From NCBI GenBank assembly GCA_963746505.1, contig CAVVBN010000014.1, positions 72,823 through 136,822 on the forward strand: a stretch of 64,000 nucleotides of DNA, written 5' to 3'. The notes below the pieces were generated by a model, which did no database searches, was not told the origin of the DNA, and worked only from the letters and a program-made list of their open reading frames with translations. The first letter of the stretch is position 1. Every line of letters begins with the position of its first letter. This DNA comes from an uncultured delta proteobacterium (GTDB lineage: Bacteria; Desulfobacterota; Binatia; DP-6). Both the position numbers and the translations under genes were made by a program. Shown here piece by piece: positions 31,201-40,842 of this stretch.

Positions 31201-31562
31201 GTCGTCGTCACGCGACACAGCATCCCGCCTGCATCCAGCGCCCGCGCGCTGTACGTCATGTCGCGCGCCTGCAGGTCCGTGAAGGTCGCGCCGTCTGAGA
31301 CGATGTACTGCAGGGTCTCGACGTTGGTGTTGTCCACGGTCGGGTAGTAGACGTCACTCAGCAGGCCATTCGCGATCGTGTACCAGACCTTCGACGTCGT
31401 ATTGCGGGCCGTGCCGAGACAGTCCTTCCGGGCGAGCCCGAAGTGCGAGGGCGATCCGGGGCCGTCGGGGGCGGCGCCTTGAGCGCTGGCATCTAGCCCA
31501 GCCGCGCCCGCGACCACCACGAACGTCGCCGCCATCGCCAGTCCCCGGATCCATCGACGCAT
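28281..31562 (-). CDS. Secreted glycoside hydrolase family 15 (glucoamylase/glucodextranase-like) multi-domain protein
   Basis: Glucodextranase-type N domain, GH15 (alpha/alpha)6 catalytic region (GSMPRNSLVNG, WEEQSGYSPST, LWPVLAAERA) and C-terminal beta-sandwich domains. Signal peptide. Confidence 0.85.
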   Translation of the reverse strand: MRRWIRGLAMAATFVVVAGAAGLDASAQGAAPDGPGSPSHFGLARKDCLGTARNTTSKVWYTIANGLLSDVYYPTVDNTNVETLQYIVSDGATFTDLQARDMTYSARALDAGGMLCRVTTTGRGGAYQIVTDYVTDPSANTLLMAVRFKPHVPNLRLYVRLDPSVNGNGGGEVANGGADSFTIDTSTGHSVPVAFDTVTATNAAHRDYAQPVFLALDASRPLNDATVGFANAGSDGLAQLDFAGFLFNPFTDALLGNVVVTAPVNLRHERGAVTLALGFGATQAEAVSAAHDSIAAGFPAARRAYRQGWKAYDDSLVRPPTSLPGIKRKRVRALRDVYYLSANLVKAAEDKTFPGAIVASLAAPWGQAISAGDPGSTFFGSYREVFARDLYQAWTALLVAGDLDTARDTVDFLFGRQQQADGSMPRNSLVNGMPAPDSFGTQLDETAYAIMMADQLGMTDAALYQDHVRRAADFLIAHGPAFGPERWEEQSGYSPSTIAAEIAGLVAAAHLAQANGDVPSARVFLGVADDFQRSVKSWTVTTNGPLSAPPYFIRLSKTGDPNAAISYNVGNGGPTLDQRAVIDAGFLELSRLGDLAATDDAISGSLPVVDATLETITPNGPGWHRYNGDGYGDAATTGAPWAPSGRGTGHLWPVLAAERAAYALQSGDATTAATLVDGMASFGGGVGLIPEQDWELPDLAPSPFGTDPTVASIGFTSDQPAGSASPLTWSAAAFVRMLGDLGAGQLLELPATTSSRYVARVQGETSLTVTSPADGSPVESSPLAVTGVTAAGNSVYVVATNTDTFDTTSGATTAAPDGSFTVAVPASAGTTVLNTVAVSPNGDTAHDKRSILVDITAGTVVLDATDPSNDDNGPGNYAYPTFSDFHAGAFDIQAFRVIVSPNGSTVTFKLRVRDLTPTFGSPLGAQLVDVYVHDPSAGTTSTAAAFSQRNYVIAPSAAWSRLLEVQGFGQRYIDANGGTVGTISISANTISRFITFSVPASSLGGQAGSGWGFTVTLTGEDGFAPDLARAFTATPGQFSFGVCAAASADPHCTVGPTTVPKVLDVLTPGGVLQSSELDYTVHSPITLQAVVIP

Positions 31563-31789
31563 GCGAGACGCGGATGACCTCGTATCGGCAACTACGTGTT
31601 CCATCGGCTCGAGTCCTTCTCGGTGGCGAGCAGCCGCATCTGGGGGCTGCCCGGTGGATCATTCCGGCGAAAGTTGACGTAGACTCGCTGCTTGTCGGCG
31701 AGGGAAGGCGCTGCCGCCCAGCATGCCAGGACGAGGTCATTAGCGTGCTGCTCCTCCATGGCGAGGATGCCGAAGACCCGGCGCGGCAC

Positions 31790-32673
31790 CTACGGGTGCA
31801 CAAACGTCGTGATGACCCGCCGGAACCTCGGCGAGTGCTGCTGCGGGACGATCGGTTGATCGTGGCAGTTCTTGTAGTACCCCTTCACGACGAACCTCTC
31901 GCATGCCGGCGGCGGGGCGAAGTCGCCACAGTCGCCGGCCCAGCCGAAGCCACATTGCGTGTGCGTCGCGTCGTTCGGGTCGGGCTCGGTGCAGACGCGC
32001 TGAGCGGCTTCTGCGCTCGCCGCGTCCTGGCCGCGGCAGGCAACCACCTCCCCGGCTGCTGCGAAGAGGTTGCCGTAGAACGCGCCTTCCTCGCTCGTCC
32101 AATTCGCCGCTTCCTGCGGATCGACGGCGAGCGCCTTGTTTGGTCCGCGCAGTGACACCGCAACCGCGACGGAGTGGTCGTTGGTTCGCGCGAGCAGACA
32201 GGCGGTGATCCATCCCTGGCCCGCAACATTCAGTGGACGATGGAGCCATGACTTGCCGAGCCCGAGCTCACCGTTGAACTGGTAGACAGTCCCATCGTGC
32301 GTCGTCCCGGTGAGCGTGACGCCCTCGGGCAGCGCGCAGCCGACGATGTAGGTGAGCACCTCGCGGCCGTCGGCCGTCGCCAGCAGACCCGCACCGCCCT
32401 GGGTGTTCAACGCGCAGTTGCCTCGGCGAGCTTGCTCTCGGCAAGCGCCGTCGCGGCGAGTGTGTCGGCGGCCAGCTTGTTCCCGGAGAGTCTGTTGCCG
32501 GACAGCCTGTTCCCGGCGAGCCTCGCATGCCCCGCAGTCGCGCCGAGGAGCAGCGCGGCAACGGTGAGCAGCCCGACGGTCACGGCAGGCGCGCGGAACG
32601 CCGGCGACAGGGCGAGGTTCCTCCTGGGTTGCCGGCCAGTCGCGGTGGAGCGAACGGGAACTCGGTGCATCAT
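31790..32673 (-). CDS. Secreted Cys-rich hypothetical protein with GNRLS-type tandem repeats; frame broken near 32408
   Basis: The signal peptide and GNRLSGNRLSGNKLA repeats (ORF 32760-32407; ATG at 32673 with GAGGAGG RBS) are followed, in another frame, by a 200-aa Cys-rich domain (ORF 32410-31790) that lacks its own signal peptide. Confidence 0.45.
32476..32520 (-). repeat. Three imperfect 15-bp tandem repeats encoding G-N-R/K-L-S/A pentapeptides
   Basis: The units cttgttcccggagag / tctgttgccggacag / cctgttcccggcgag are visible in sequence. Confidence 0.7.
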
Positions 32674-32976
32674 GGTCGGTTCCTCCTCGCAGACGCGGAC
32701 CGGAGGATGGATGCTCCTCCTGTGGCTACTCGCATAAGCCAACGCGGGGATGCAGGACAAGTCCTCTGTTCAGAGGAATTGTCCCCGATTCCCGCCCCCA
32801 TATCAGACCCTGGCCCGGCCCCCTTCCCACCGTTCGCCGGCTTGCGCGGGCAGAAGCCTCGCCCCTTGCAGCTGAACGGGACGCGCCGCTCGACGGCGTA
32901 GTCGCTGCAGTGTACGCCGCCCAAGAGCAGGCATCCGTCCCTACGGCCATGTGGCCATCACCGGTCCCCTAAAGCG

Positions 32977-33002
32977 GCCCGGAGGGAATCGAACCCCCGA
33001 CC
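32977..33002 (-). repeat. 26-bp tRNA-like (T-arm plus 3' acceptor) element, copy 1
   Basis: Minus strand reads GGTCGGGGGTTCGATTCCCTCCGGGC. It is identical to 56100-56125. No complete cloverleaf could be folded from the flanks. Confidence 0.6.
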
Positions 33003-33077
33003 CTCAGGCTCGACGCCTTGCGAGAGCATCGCCGTCGCAGCCCCGGTGCCACGCGAGCGTCGCCAAGACGTGCCGGC

Positions 33078-34386
33078 TCATGCCGCCGCGTCCTCGCGTG
33101 CGAACCAGACCGTCGAGACCGTCGCGAGCGCCGAGACGACGAACAGGAGCCCGAGCATGTTCTGCCAGCCGCCCGGTCGATCCACGATCGCGCCCCCGCC
33201 GAACTGGTAGAGCATGGCCGCGGCGTAACCCGCCGCATCGATGAGCCCGATCAGGACGCCGCAGTGCGGGCCGCCGAACTCGATGGAGAACACGCTCATC
33301 GGCAGATAGTAGGATGGGGCCACGCTCAGCCCGTACAGGAACAGCACGACGGCCGTCAGCGGCGAACGCCGTCTCCGGGGCGAGCGAGGCGCGCCCCATC
33401 GCGAACAAGGCCCCGAGGCACAGCGCGGCGAAGACGAGCATCCCGCCGAGCAGGAGCGGTCGTCCCCTGCGCGGAACGCGGTCGTAGACCCAGCCGCCGG
33501 CGAGCAGGGCCACCAGACAGCCGGCCGGGAACACCGAGGATGCGGTCGCGGCCTGCGCGGGGGAGATGTGAAGGGTCTCCTTCAGATAGAGGGGGAGGAA
33601 GCCGATCACCTCCATGAGTACGGTCGTGCACATGAGGCTCACGCACATCAGCCACACGCGACCACTGCGCGCGAAGTGGAGCAGGGCCTCGCGGAGGCCC
33701 GTGCCGTCGAGCGGGTGCGACTTCGCCTCGCCGCCCGCGCCGGCGCTCGGCGGGGGCAGGCCGGCGTCGGCAGGGCCGGCCTTGAGGAAGAGGAATATCG
33801 CGGCGATGACGGCCGCCGCCAGCGCTGCCGCGGCGACGAAGACCTTCGGCCAGCTCGTCAGCAGGAGCAGGCGCCCAAGCACGAGGGTCGACAGCACCGA
33901 GCTCAGGCGCGAGCTCGTGGAGATCACGCCCCACACCTTCGCGTAGCGGTCGGGTTCGTACCAGGCCGCGATCAGCTTCGACATGGCCGGCCAGCCAGCG
34001 GCGGCCGACAGCAGCATGGCGAAGTTCAGGAGGCAGAACAGCACGAATCCGCCGGCGACCGCGAAACCCGCGGCCGCGGCCGTGGTGACCGAGAGCGCCA
34101 GCAGGAACACCGTGCGCCCGCCGAAGCGATCGGCGACCGCACCGCCGAGCAGCTTGCCCGTCACCATGCCGGCCGTCCCCCAGCCGAGGATCGCGCCGAA
34201 CATCGTCTTCGTGAGGCCGAGCGCGGGGTCCTCGACCATGGCCGGGCTCGCGACGTAGATCGCGGTGCGGCACAGGATGAAGCCCATGTACCCGACGTAC
34301 ATGCAGCCGAGGATGATCAGCTCCCAGCGCAGGCGCCTGCGACCCTGTCCGCCATCAGGGCCACCATTGACGTATGGCATGGTCAT
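33078..34386 (-). CDS. MFS transporter (organophosphate:Pi antiporter GlpT/UhpC-like), frame broken near 33355
   Basis: The first 340 aa carry MFS motifs (GKLLGGAVADRFGGR). The last about 90 aa (TM11-12; LFLYGLSVAPSYYLPMSVFSIEFGGP) are in a different frame (ORF 33347-33078). Confidence 0.7.
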
Positions 34387-34852
34387 ATACTTGTGGTTCT
34401 GGCACGCGATGAAGCAGGGACCGAGGTAAACCCCGAAATCGGACGTTAGCCCCCTGCTTCCCGCTACCCCCCAGCTCGCGCGGAATCCGTTTGGGGGGTC
34501 GGTCCCCCCCTTTTCGCACTTCGTAACTGCTCGGCGTTCCACAGAGGCCTCAGTCCGTCGCGCTTCGCTTCCGGTCTGCATCTGGCCTGTCGTGCCCAGC
34601 AACTCGCACGTACAGCGCAACTCGGAGTGGAGGTCGCCGACAGGCTTGCCGTCGATGTGGAAGAGGATCTCAAAGTCTTCGCCCAACCGCGCGGCCGTGA
34701 GAAGCTGCGGGCGCGGCCTTCCCGACATCGCGAACTCGAGCGCTGCCAGAGCACAGCGACTCTAGCATCAGCGCCGTGGCACCATTCCTGCTGTCCCAAT
34801 CTGCATCAGCCGCAGACCGCTGGCGCGGTGGCGGAGCGGCGGGAGTTTTCAC

Positions 34853-36961
34853 ATGGCCAGGCTCATGCTCGTTGCCGTTCTTGTTCTCGGTCCCCTCGGC
34901 TTGGGGGGGCGGGCCGAAGCCGCGACTTTCACGGTCGCGAGCACCGAAGACATGGTCGATGCGCTGCCAGGGGATGGCCTCTGCGCCACGGCCACCGGGA
35001 CCTGTACCCTCCGCGCGGCGGTGCAGGAAACCAATTCCCTGGGCGGGACCAACACCGTCCTCCTGCCGGCCGGCACGTACACCCTCACGATCCCCGGAGC
35101 GGACGAAGACCTGGCGGCCACCGGCGACCTCGACATCATGACCGACCTCACCGTGACCGGTGCGGACAGGAGCAGCACGATCATCGACGGCAACGGACTG
35201 GACCGCGTGTTCCATCACCTCGATCTCTTCCCCACCTCGACCCGGTTCGTGCTCTCGCACGTCACCGTCCGGAATGGAACAGCGTCGCAGGGAGCGGCGA
35301 TTGCCAGCTACGCCATGGGGGAACTCGCCCTGTCCGACTGCACGATCACGGAGAACCACGGTGACGATGCCGTCTTTGCGGACTCCAGCGGCTTTGCGAT
35401 GTCCGACATCGAGGTCAGCAGGAATACTGGAACGGGCATGGTGCTCGGCGGTCCAGGCACTCTCCAGGCCGTGACCGTCACCGCCAACGGCGGCACAGGC
35501 ATCGACGTCCAGGCCGACACGACGCTGACGGATGGGCTCATCGCCGACAACGGTGGCGCAGGCCTCAGCGACCTTGGTGAAGGCAGCATCGTCCCCGTGT
35601 GTAACCTCCTCCAGCTCACGCACACTCGCGTCCTCCGCAACGGCCGCGGCATCGTGCTGGGCACCGAGTGTAATCTCTTCTGTACCGACTGCGTGATCGC
35701 CGACAATTCCGGTGACGGAATTGGCAGCGACGGTGGGATGTACCTGGAGGACAGCAGCGTGACCGGGAACGGCGGCGGAGGGATTTTCGCGGGCGGACAT
35801 GGGGCAAACCTCTACGGGGTCACCCTGTCCGGCAATCACAATACGTTCCCGGGTGGAGCGATGTTCATCAGCACGTTCGTCCTCCATGAGGACGGCAGTA
35901 CCGACGCCGAACCGGTGATCATCGACCGGACGACCATCAGCGGGAACAGCGCCGACGGAGGTGGGGGCGGTGTGTTTCGAGACCGGGGCGCCCTCGTCAT
36001 CAGCAATTCGACCATCGTCGGTAACACGGCGACCACTGGCAGCGGAGGTGGTATCGCCATCGTCGACAACCCTTTTGACGCGTCCCCTCCCGCTCCCACG
36101 ACGATCGAGAACACCATCGTCGGGGGGAACGGCGATGGCAGCGGCGGCGCCCCGGATTGCGCCGGCGCGCTCGTCTCCAACGGTCACAACCTGATCCAGT
36201 CCCTCGCGGGCTGTTCGCTGACCGGCGACCTCGCCAGCAGCATCTTCGGCCGCGACCCACTGCTCGGTCCCCTGACCGACAACGGTGGTCCTACCCTCAC
36301 CCGCGCCCTCCTGGCCGGCAGCCCCGCCATCGACGCAGGCCCTGCGACCTGTGGTGACGTCGACCAGCGTGGTCGGCCCCGCCCGCAGTTCGTGACCTGC
36401 GACATCGGGGCCTACGAGTTCGCCCCCGCCTGCAGTCCTCCTTTCCCTGCCAAAGGAAGCTGTCAGACAGCCGATCCCGAGCGTTCACGCCTGTTGCTGA
36501 AGGACGACGTCGACCCCACCCGCAGCAAGCTCACGTGGAAATGGCGGAACTCCGGGCCAGCGACGAAAGCAGATTTTGGCTCGCCCACCTCATCGACTGA
36601 CGTGACGTGGTGCATCGGTGATGATGCCGGAAATATCCTGTCGAGCGCCGTCGCTCCGGCGGGTGGCATCTGCTTCGACGCGCCCTGCTGGCGAGAGATG
36701 AATGCGGGCTTCAGCTACAAGGATCGCGATCTGTCCCCCCAGGGCATTCAGGGGATCACCCTCCGCGCCGCGCCGTCCGGGGCGGGGAGGCTGTCGGTCA
36801 AGGGCAAGGGCAAGGGGTTGAACCTTTCGATGCCCGCGCTGCCAATGACCCCACCCGTAACAGTTCGGCTCGCGCGTAGTGACTCGCCCATCTGCTGGGA
36901 GGCCACGTTCTCGTCGCCTCGGCGGAACGACGGGCAGCAGTTCACGGCAAAGTCGGACTAG
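34853..36961 (+). CDS. Secreted choice-of-anchor-Q-type right-handed beta-helix protein
   Basis: Signal peptide, CTLRAAVQETN motif, Gly/Asn-rich parallel beta-helix repeats, and NGGPTLTRALLAGSPAIDAG...CDIGAYEF near the end of the helix. C-terminal 170-aa domain. Confidence 0.75.
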   Translation: MARLMLVAVLVLGPLGLGGRAEAATFTVASTEDMVDALPGDGLCATATGTCTLRAAVQETNSLGGTNTVLLPAGTYTLTIPGADEDLAATGDLDIMTDLTVTGADRSSTIIDGNGLDRVFHHLDLFPTSTRFVLSHVTVRNGTASQGAAIASYAMGELALSDCTITENHGDDAVFADSSGFAMSDIEVSRNTGTGMVLGGPGTLQAVTVTANGGTGIDVQADTTLTDGLIADNGGAGLSDLGEGSIVPVCNLLQLTHTRVLRNGRGIVLGTECNLFCTDCVIADNSGDGIGSDGGMYLEDSSVTGNGGGGIFAGGHGANLYGVTLSGNHNTFPGGAMFISTFVLHEDGSTDAEPVIIDRTTISGNSADGGGGGVFRDRGALVISNSTIVGNTATTGSGGGIAIVDNPFDASPPAPTTIENTIVGGNGDGSGGAPDCAGALVSNGHNLIQSLAGCSLTGDLASSIFGRDPLLGPLTDNGGPTLTRALLAGSPAIDAGPATCGDVDQRGRPRPQFVTCDIGAYEFAPACSPPFPAKGSCQTADPERSRLLLKDDVDPTRSKLTWKWRNSGPATKADFGSPTSSTDVTWCIGDDAGNILSSAVAPAGGICFDAPCWREMNAGFSYKDRDLSPQGIQGITLRAAPSGAGRLSVKGKGKGLNLSMPALPMTPPVTVRLARSDSPICWEATFSSPRRNDGQQFTAKSD

Positions 36962-37241
36962 CATCGGTCATTCCTCGGGCTCCGGGTCCAACACGAGCCC
37001 GAGGCCGTCGGCCTGACGCCCGACCAGGCGCACGATGGCCGTCCGGTCCAAGGAGGTTCCGGCGTTCGCGGGCGGTCTCTCCCCTGCCCTCACCATCACC
37101 GCCCCGTCGCGACGCGGGTTCGTGACGACACTCGCGGACGTCGGATGGGATGGAGGGAACATGACGGCTCGGCACTGGGGCCTCGACTACCTGTGACCCA
37201 TCAATTACGAGGTAGGGAGGCCGTGAACCAGTCAGGAATCC

Positions 37242-39239
37242 ATGTCGACCCCACCATCGGGTAACCAGGGCGCGCGCGCGCCAGGGGGCCAACCGACGCA
37301 AGCGACAAGGGGGACGTCCGGTCAGCCCAGGATACGGCCGCAGGCATGGTGGCTGCTCTTCGCGGCCCTCATGGTGGCCAACTATCTGCTGTCGCGAACC
37401 GTGCTACGCGAGCCGGTCTCGGTCAGCGTCCCCTACACCTTCTTCAAACGGCAGGTCCAAGAGGGGAACGTCGCGGACGTGACCAGCGTCGGCGATGCAA
37501 TCCGCGGCACCTTCAAGGCGGCGGTCACGTATCCATCCGAGGGAGAACCCACGGCGTCGGAATCGCCTGCCTCCGCACACCCTCCGCCGCGCACCTCGAC
37601 GCAGTTCACGACGCAGCGGCCGGTCTTTGCCGATCCGGGTCTGGAAACCCTACTCGAGGCGAAGGGGGTGGCGATTCAGGCCGAGGACGAGAGCCGTTCG
37701 TCCTGGCTCGAACTGCTGGTCGGCTTCGGTCCCACCCTGTTGCTGATCGCGGCCTTCGTGTGGCTCAGTCGCCGGGCTGCAGCGGCCGGTGGGGGCGGAC
37801 TGTTCAGCCTCGGCCGCAGCCGCGCCAAGCGCTACAGCGAGGAGCAGCCGAAGGTCACCTTCCAGGACGTCGCGGGCATCGACGAAGCCGAGAACGAGCT
37901 GATCGAGATCGTCGACTACCTCAAGAACCCCGCCAAGTACGTGCGGCTTGGCGGGACCATGCCCAAGGGCGTGCTGCTGGTCGGCGCGCCGGGGACCGGC
38001 AAGACGCTGCTGGCGCGGGCGATCGCGGGACAGGCAGGTGTCCCCTTCTTCAGCCTGAGCGCCTCCGAGTTCATCGAGATGATCGTGGGCGTCGGCGCCG
38101 CCCGCGTCCGCGACCTGTTCCGTCAGGCCAGGGAAGCCGCGCCCTCGATCATCTTCATCGACGAGCTGGACGCCATTGGCCGCGTGCGCGGTAGCGGCGT
38201 GGCCTTCGGCGGGCACGACGAGCGCGAGCAGACGCTGAACCAGATACTCACCGAGATGGACGGCTTCGACCCGCGCGAAGGCGTCATCGTTCTCGCGGCC
38301 ACCAACCGTCCCGACGTGCTCGACTCGGCGCTGCTGCGTCCGGGCCGCTTCGACCGCCGCGTCGTCGTGCAGCGCCCGGACCGCGCCGGTCGCGCCGCAA
38401 TCCTCAAGGTCCACACCAGGAACGTGCCTCTCGCTCCCGACGTCTCCCTTGCGCGCGTCGCGGCGGAGACGCCTGGTCTGGTGGGGGCAGACTTGCGCAA
38501 CCTGGTCAACGAGGCGGCGCTGTTGGCGGCGCGCAAGGGCGCGAGCGCCGTGCGCGCCCAGGACTTCGCCGAGGCGATGGAGAAAATCACGCTGGGGCCC
38601 GCCCGGCACATGCTCCTCACCCCAACCGATCGGGAACACACCGCCTACCACGAGGCGGGCCATGCCCTGCTCGCGCTGCTGGTGCCGGGCAGCGATCCGG
38701 TGCACCGCGTCTCGATCGTGCCGCGCGGCATGACACTGGGTGCAACCTCGCAGCTCCCGGTCGATGATCGCACCAACTACGCGGAGGACTACCTGCGCGC
38801 GCGCATCACCGGTGCCCTCGGGGGGCGGGCCGCCGAGCAGCTCGTCTACGGTGTCGCGACCACGGGCGCCGAGAACGACCTCCAACAGGTCACCGAGATC
38901 GCCCGACAGATGGTGCTCCGCTGGGGGATGAGCGAGAAGCTCGGCCCGATCAGCTTCGTCGCCCCCCGGGACGACGGGCTGCCGCCGGCCTTCCAGCACC
39001 AGCCGTACAGCGAGGCGACCTCGGAGCTCATTGACGCCGAGGTCCGGCGGATCGTCGAGGAGTGCCACCGCGAAGCCGACCGACTGTTGGCCGACCACCG
39101 TGACAAGCTGGACGCACTTGCCCAGGCCCTGTTGAAGGAGGAGTCCCTCGACGAGCAGGCGATCAAGGAGGTCACCGGCCTGACCGAGCCGCCGGCGCGG
39201 AACGACGCGGGCTCGCGCGTGGAGGCAGGCAAGCGCTAA
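37242..39239 (+). CDS. ftsH: ATP-dependent zinc metalloprotease FtsH
   Basis: Walker A GAPGTGKT, Walker B IIFIDELD, an SRH region and the HEAGH zinc site. Two N-terminal TM helices. Confidence 0.9.
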   Translation: MSTPPSGNQGARAPGGQPTQATRGTSGQPRIRPQAWWLLFAALMVANYLLSRTVLREPVSVSVPYTFFKRQVQEGNVADVTSVGDAIRGTFKAAVTYPSEGEPTASESPASAHPPPRTSTQFTTQRPVFADPGLETLLEAKGVAIQAEDESRSSWLELLVGFGPTLLLIAAFVWLSRRAAAAGGGGLFSLGRSRAKRYSEEQPKVTFQDVAGIDEAENELIEIVDYLKNPAKYVRLGGTMPKGVLLVGAPGTGKTLLARAIAGQAGVPFFSLSASEFIEMIVGVGAARVRDLFRQAREAAPSIIFIDELDAIGRVRGSGVAFGGHDEREQTLNQILTEMDGFDPREGVIVLAATNRPDVLDSALLRPGRFDRRVVVQRPDRAGRAAILKVHTRNVPLAPDVSLARVAAETPGLVGADLRNLVNEAALLAARKGASAVRAQDFAEAMEKITLGPARHMLLTPTDREHTAYHEAGHALLALLVPGSDPVHRVSIVPRGMTLGATSQLPVDDRTNYAEDYLRARITGALGGRAAEQLVYGVATTGAENDLQQVTEIARQMVLRWGMSEKLGPISFVAPRDDGLPPAFQHQPYSEATSELIDAEVRRIVEECHREADRLLADHRDKLDALAQALLKEESLDEQAIKEVTGLTEPPARNDAGSRVEAGKR

Positions 39240-39516
39240 CCCGTCGGTGCCGCCCGACCGGGTCGTGCGATCCTTCGCCGAGGTTCATTGAACCTCGGCG
39301 AACGACGGCTGTACGTGATGCGGGCGGATGGCACCGACCGCTACCTCGACTCGTTCCCGGTCGCGGTCGGTCGCAGGGAAGTGACGTCGTCAGGCTCTAC
39401 GACCGCGTCCGAGTCGGTACGACGGTGATCGTGGAACCGTAACGCGGGGCTTCACAATGCTCCGCCTCTGGTGTAGCCCTACGAACGCGTCGGCTTCACA
39501 CGAAGGAGATTCAAAG

Positions 39517-40782
39517 ATGGTTCAGGCGCGTGCTCGAAGGATTCCTTGGTTCACCTCTGCCCTCGCCCTCACGGTCGCGCTCGGCGGGACCGGTTGGGCT
39601 GCCCGCACCGGGACGGCGCTCGTCCCGACGGATGCGGCACCGCCCCACGCGCGCGGTCGCGCGCAGGTGGTTGTTCCCCCGGGACGGGGCGGGAGCAAGC
39701 TCCTCGTCCTCGTCCACGGCCTGCCGGCGCGCGAACGCTTCGAGATCACGGCCGACGGTGTGCGGATCGGCTCCCTGCAGACCACGCGCGGAGGCAACGG
39801 TCTGGCTCTCTTCTCCAGTCGCACCTCGACCCGCGGTCGGCTCCGCCCGCGACTTCTCGGATTCGATCCGCGCGGTGTCAGCCTCGCCGTCGTGAATGCG
39901 AACGGCGAGGAGATCCTGGTGGGCAAGCTGCCCGGAGGATCCTCCGACCGGATCGCGTGCTGTATCACGAAGAACGAGGAGTCGGAGTGTGCGCGCGTCA
40001 CCGCCGCGCTGTGTGCGTCGGTCGGCGGCACCGCAACCGAGCAGTCCTCCTGCGTTCCCGACCCCTGTGCGCCGCCGCCGGGCGACGTCGTCTGCTGTCT
40101 ACCCGGCAGCGCCGAGGGCGCCGTGGTCGATGGCACGATCCACTGCGACGCCAACCTGGCGCCGGCCGCGTGTGTCCATGCCGGCGGAACGCTCATCCAC
40201 GCGACGTCGTGCACCCCGAACCCGTGTGAGCCGCTACCACCCCCGGAGAGGGCGCGCTGCTGTCTCCCCGACGGCGACGGTGCCGTCTGTGAGGATCGCC
40301 AGCCGCTGGACTGCGTCCACGCCGGCGGCAAGCCGATCCGCGCCGAGTCCTGTGACCCGAACCCGTGCCCGCCCGTTCAGGGCGCGTGCTGTCTCCCGTC
40401 GAGCGCCGAGTGCGCCTTTCTCGATCGCCACCGTCCGAGCACGTGCCAGGATGGGCTCACACCCGACGCCTGCACCTCCGCCGGTGGCAGCTTCGTGAGG
40501 GAAGCGGCATGCAGCGATCATCCCTGCGTCGCGCCCCCGCCGGTGCTGGTTGCGTGCTGCGTGCCGGAGGACGGCGACGAGACGGAGTGCAAGCTGACGA
40601 CCGCCCAGCGCTGCGCGGGGGTCCATGGGACCGTGAGCGACGCCACCTCGTGCAGACCGGATCCGTGCGAGCAGGGCGACGATGACGAGGACGGTCACGG
40701 GCACGGCGACGGTGGCAAAGGTGGCAACAAGGACCACGGAAACGGCCACGGCGACCACGGTTGGCCGCCGTGGAAGCGGTAG
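39517..40782 (+). CDS. Secreted cysteine-rich repeat protein with a His/Gly/Asp-rich C-terminal tail
   Basis: Signal peptide. N-terminal beta-rich region followed by five copies of a 45-55 aa module (CC-x6-12-C-x5-8-C-x3-GG-x6-8-C-x-P/D-x-PC). The tail reads DDDEDGHGHGDGGKGGNKDHGNGHGDHG. Confidence 0.6.
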   Translation: MVQARARRIPWFTSALALTVALGGTGWAARTGTALVPTDAAPPHARGRAQVVVPPGRGGSKLLVLVHGLPARERFEITADGVRIGSLQTTRGGNGLALFSSRTSTRGRLRPRLLGFDPRGVSLAVVNANGEEILVGKLPGGSSDRIACCITKNEESECARVTAALCASVGGTATEQSSCVPDPCAPPPGDVVCCLPGSAEGAVVDGTIHCDANLAPAACVHAGGTLIHATSCTPNPCEPLPPPERARCCLPDGDGAVCEDRQPLDCVHAGGKPIRAESCDPNPCPPVQGACCLPSSAECAFLDRHRPSTCQDGLTPDACTSAGGSFVREAACSDHPCVAPPPVLVACCVPEDGDETECKLTTAQRCAGVHGTVSDATSCRPDPCEQGDDDEDGHGHGDGGKGGNKDHGNGHGDHGWPPWKR

Positions 40783-40842
40783 GACGCCGCCCAGGGTCGA
40801 TCGACCGCGAGTTGCCGGTCGCGCCAGGCACACGTTGCCTGG

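Noticed and set aside
32977-33060. Complete tRNA gene (and similarly at 56100-56180)
   Set aside because: A good T-arm and 3' acceptor strand are present, but no complementary 5' acceptor strand, D-arm or anticodon arm could be folded within 70-95 nt. No TCA anticodon rules out selC. Treated as tRNA-derived repeat fragments instead.
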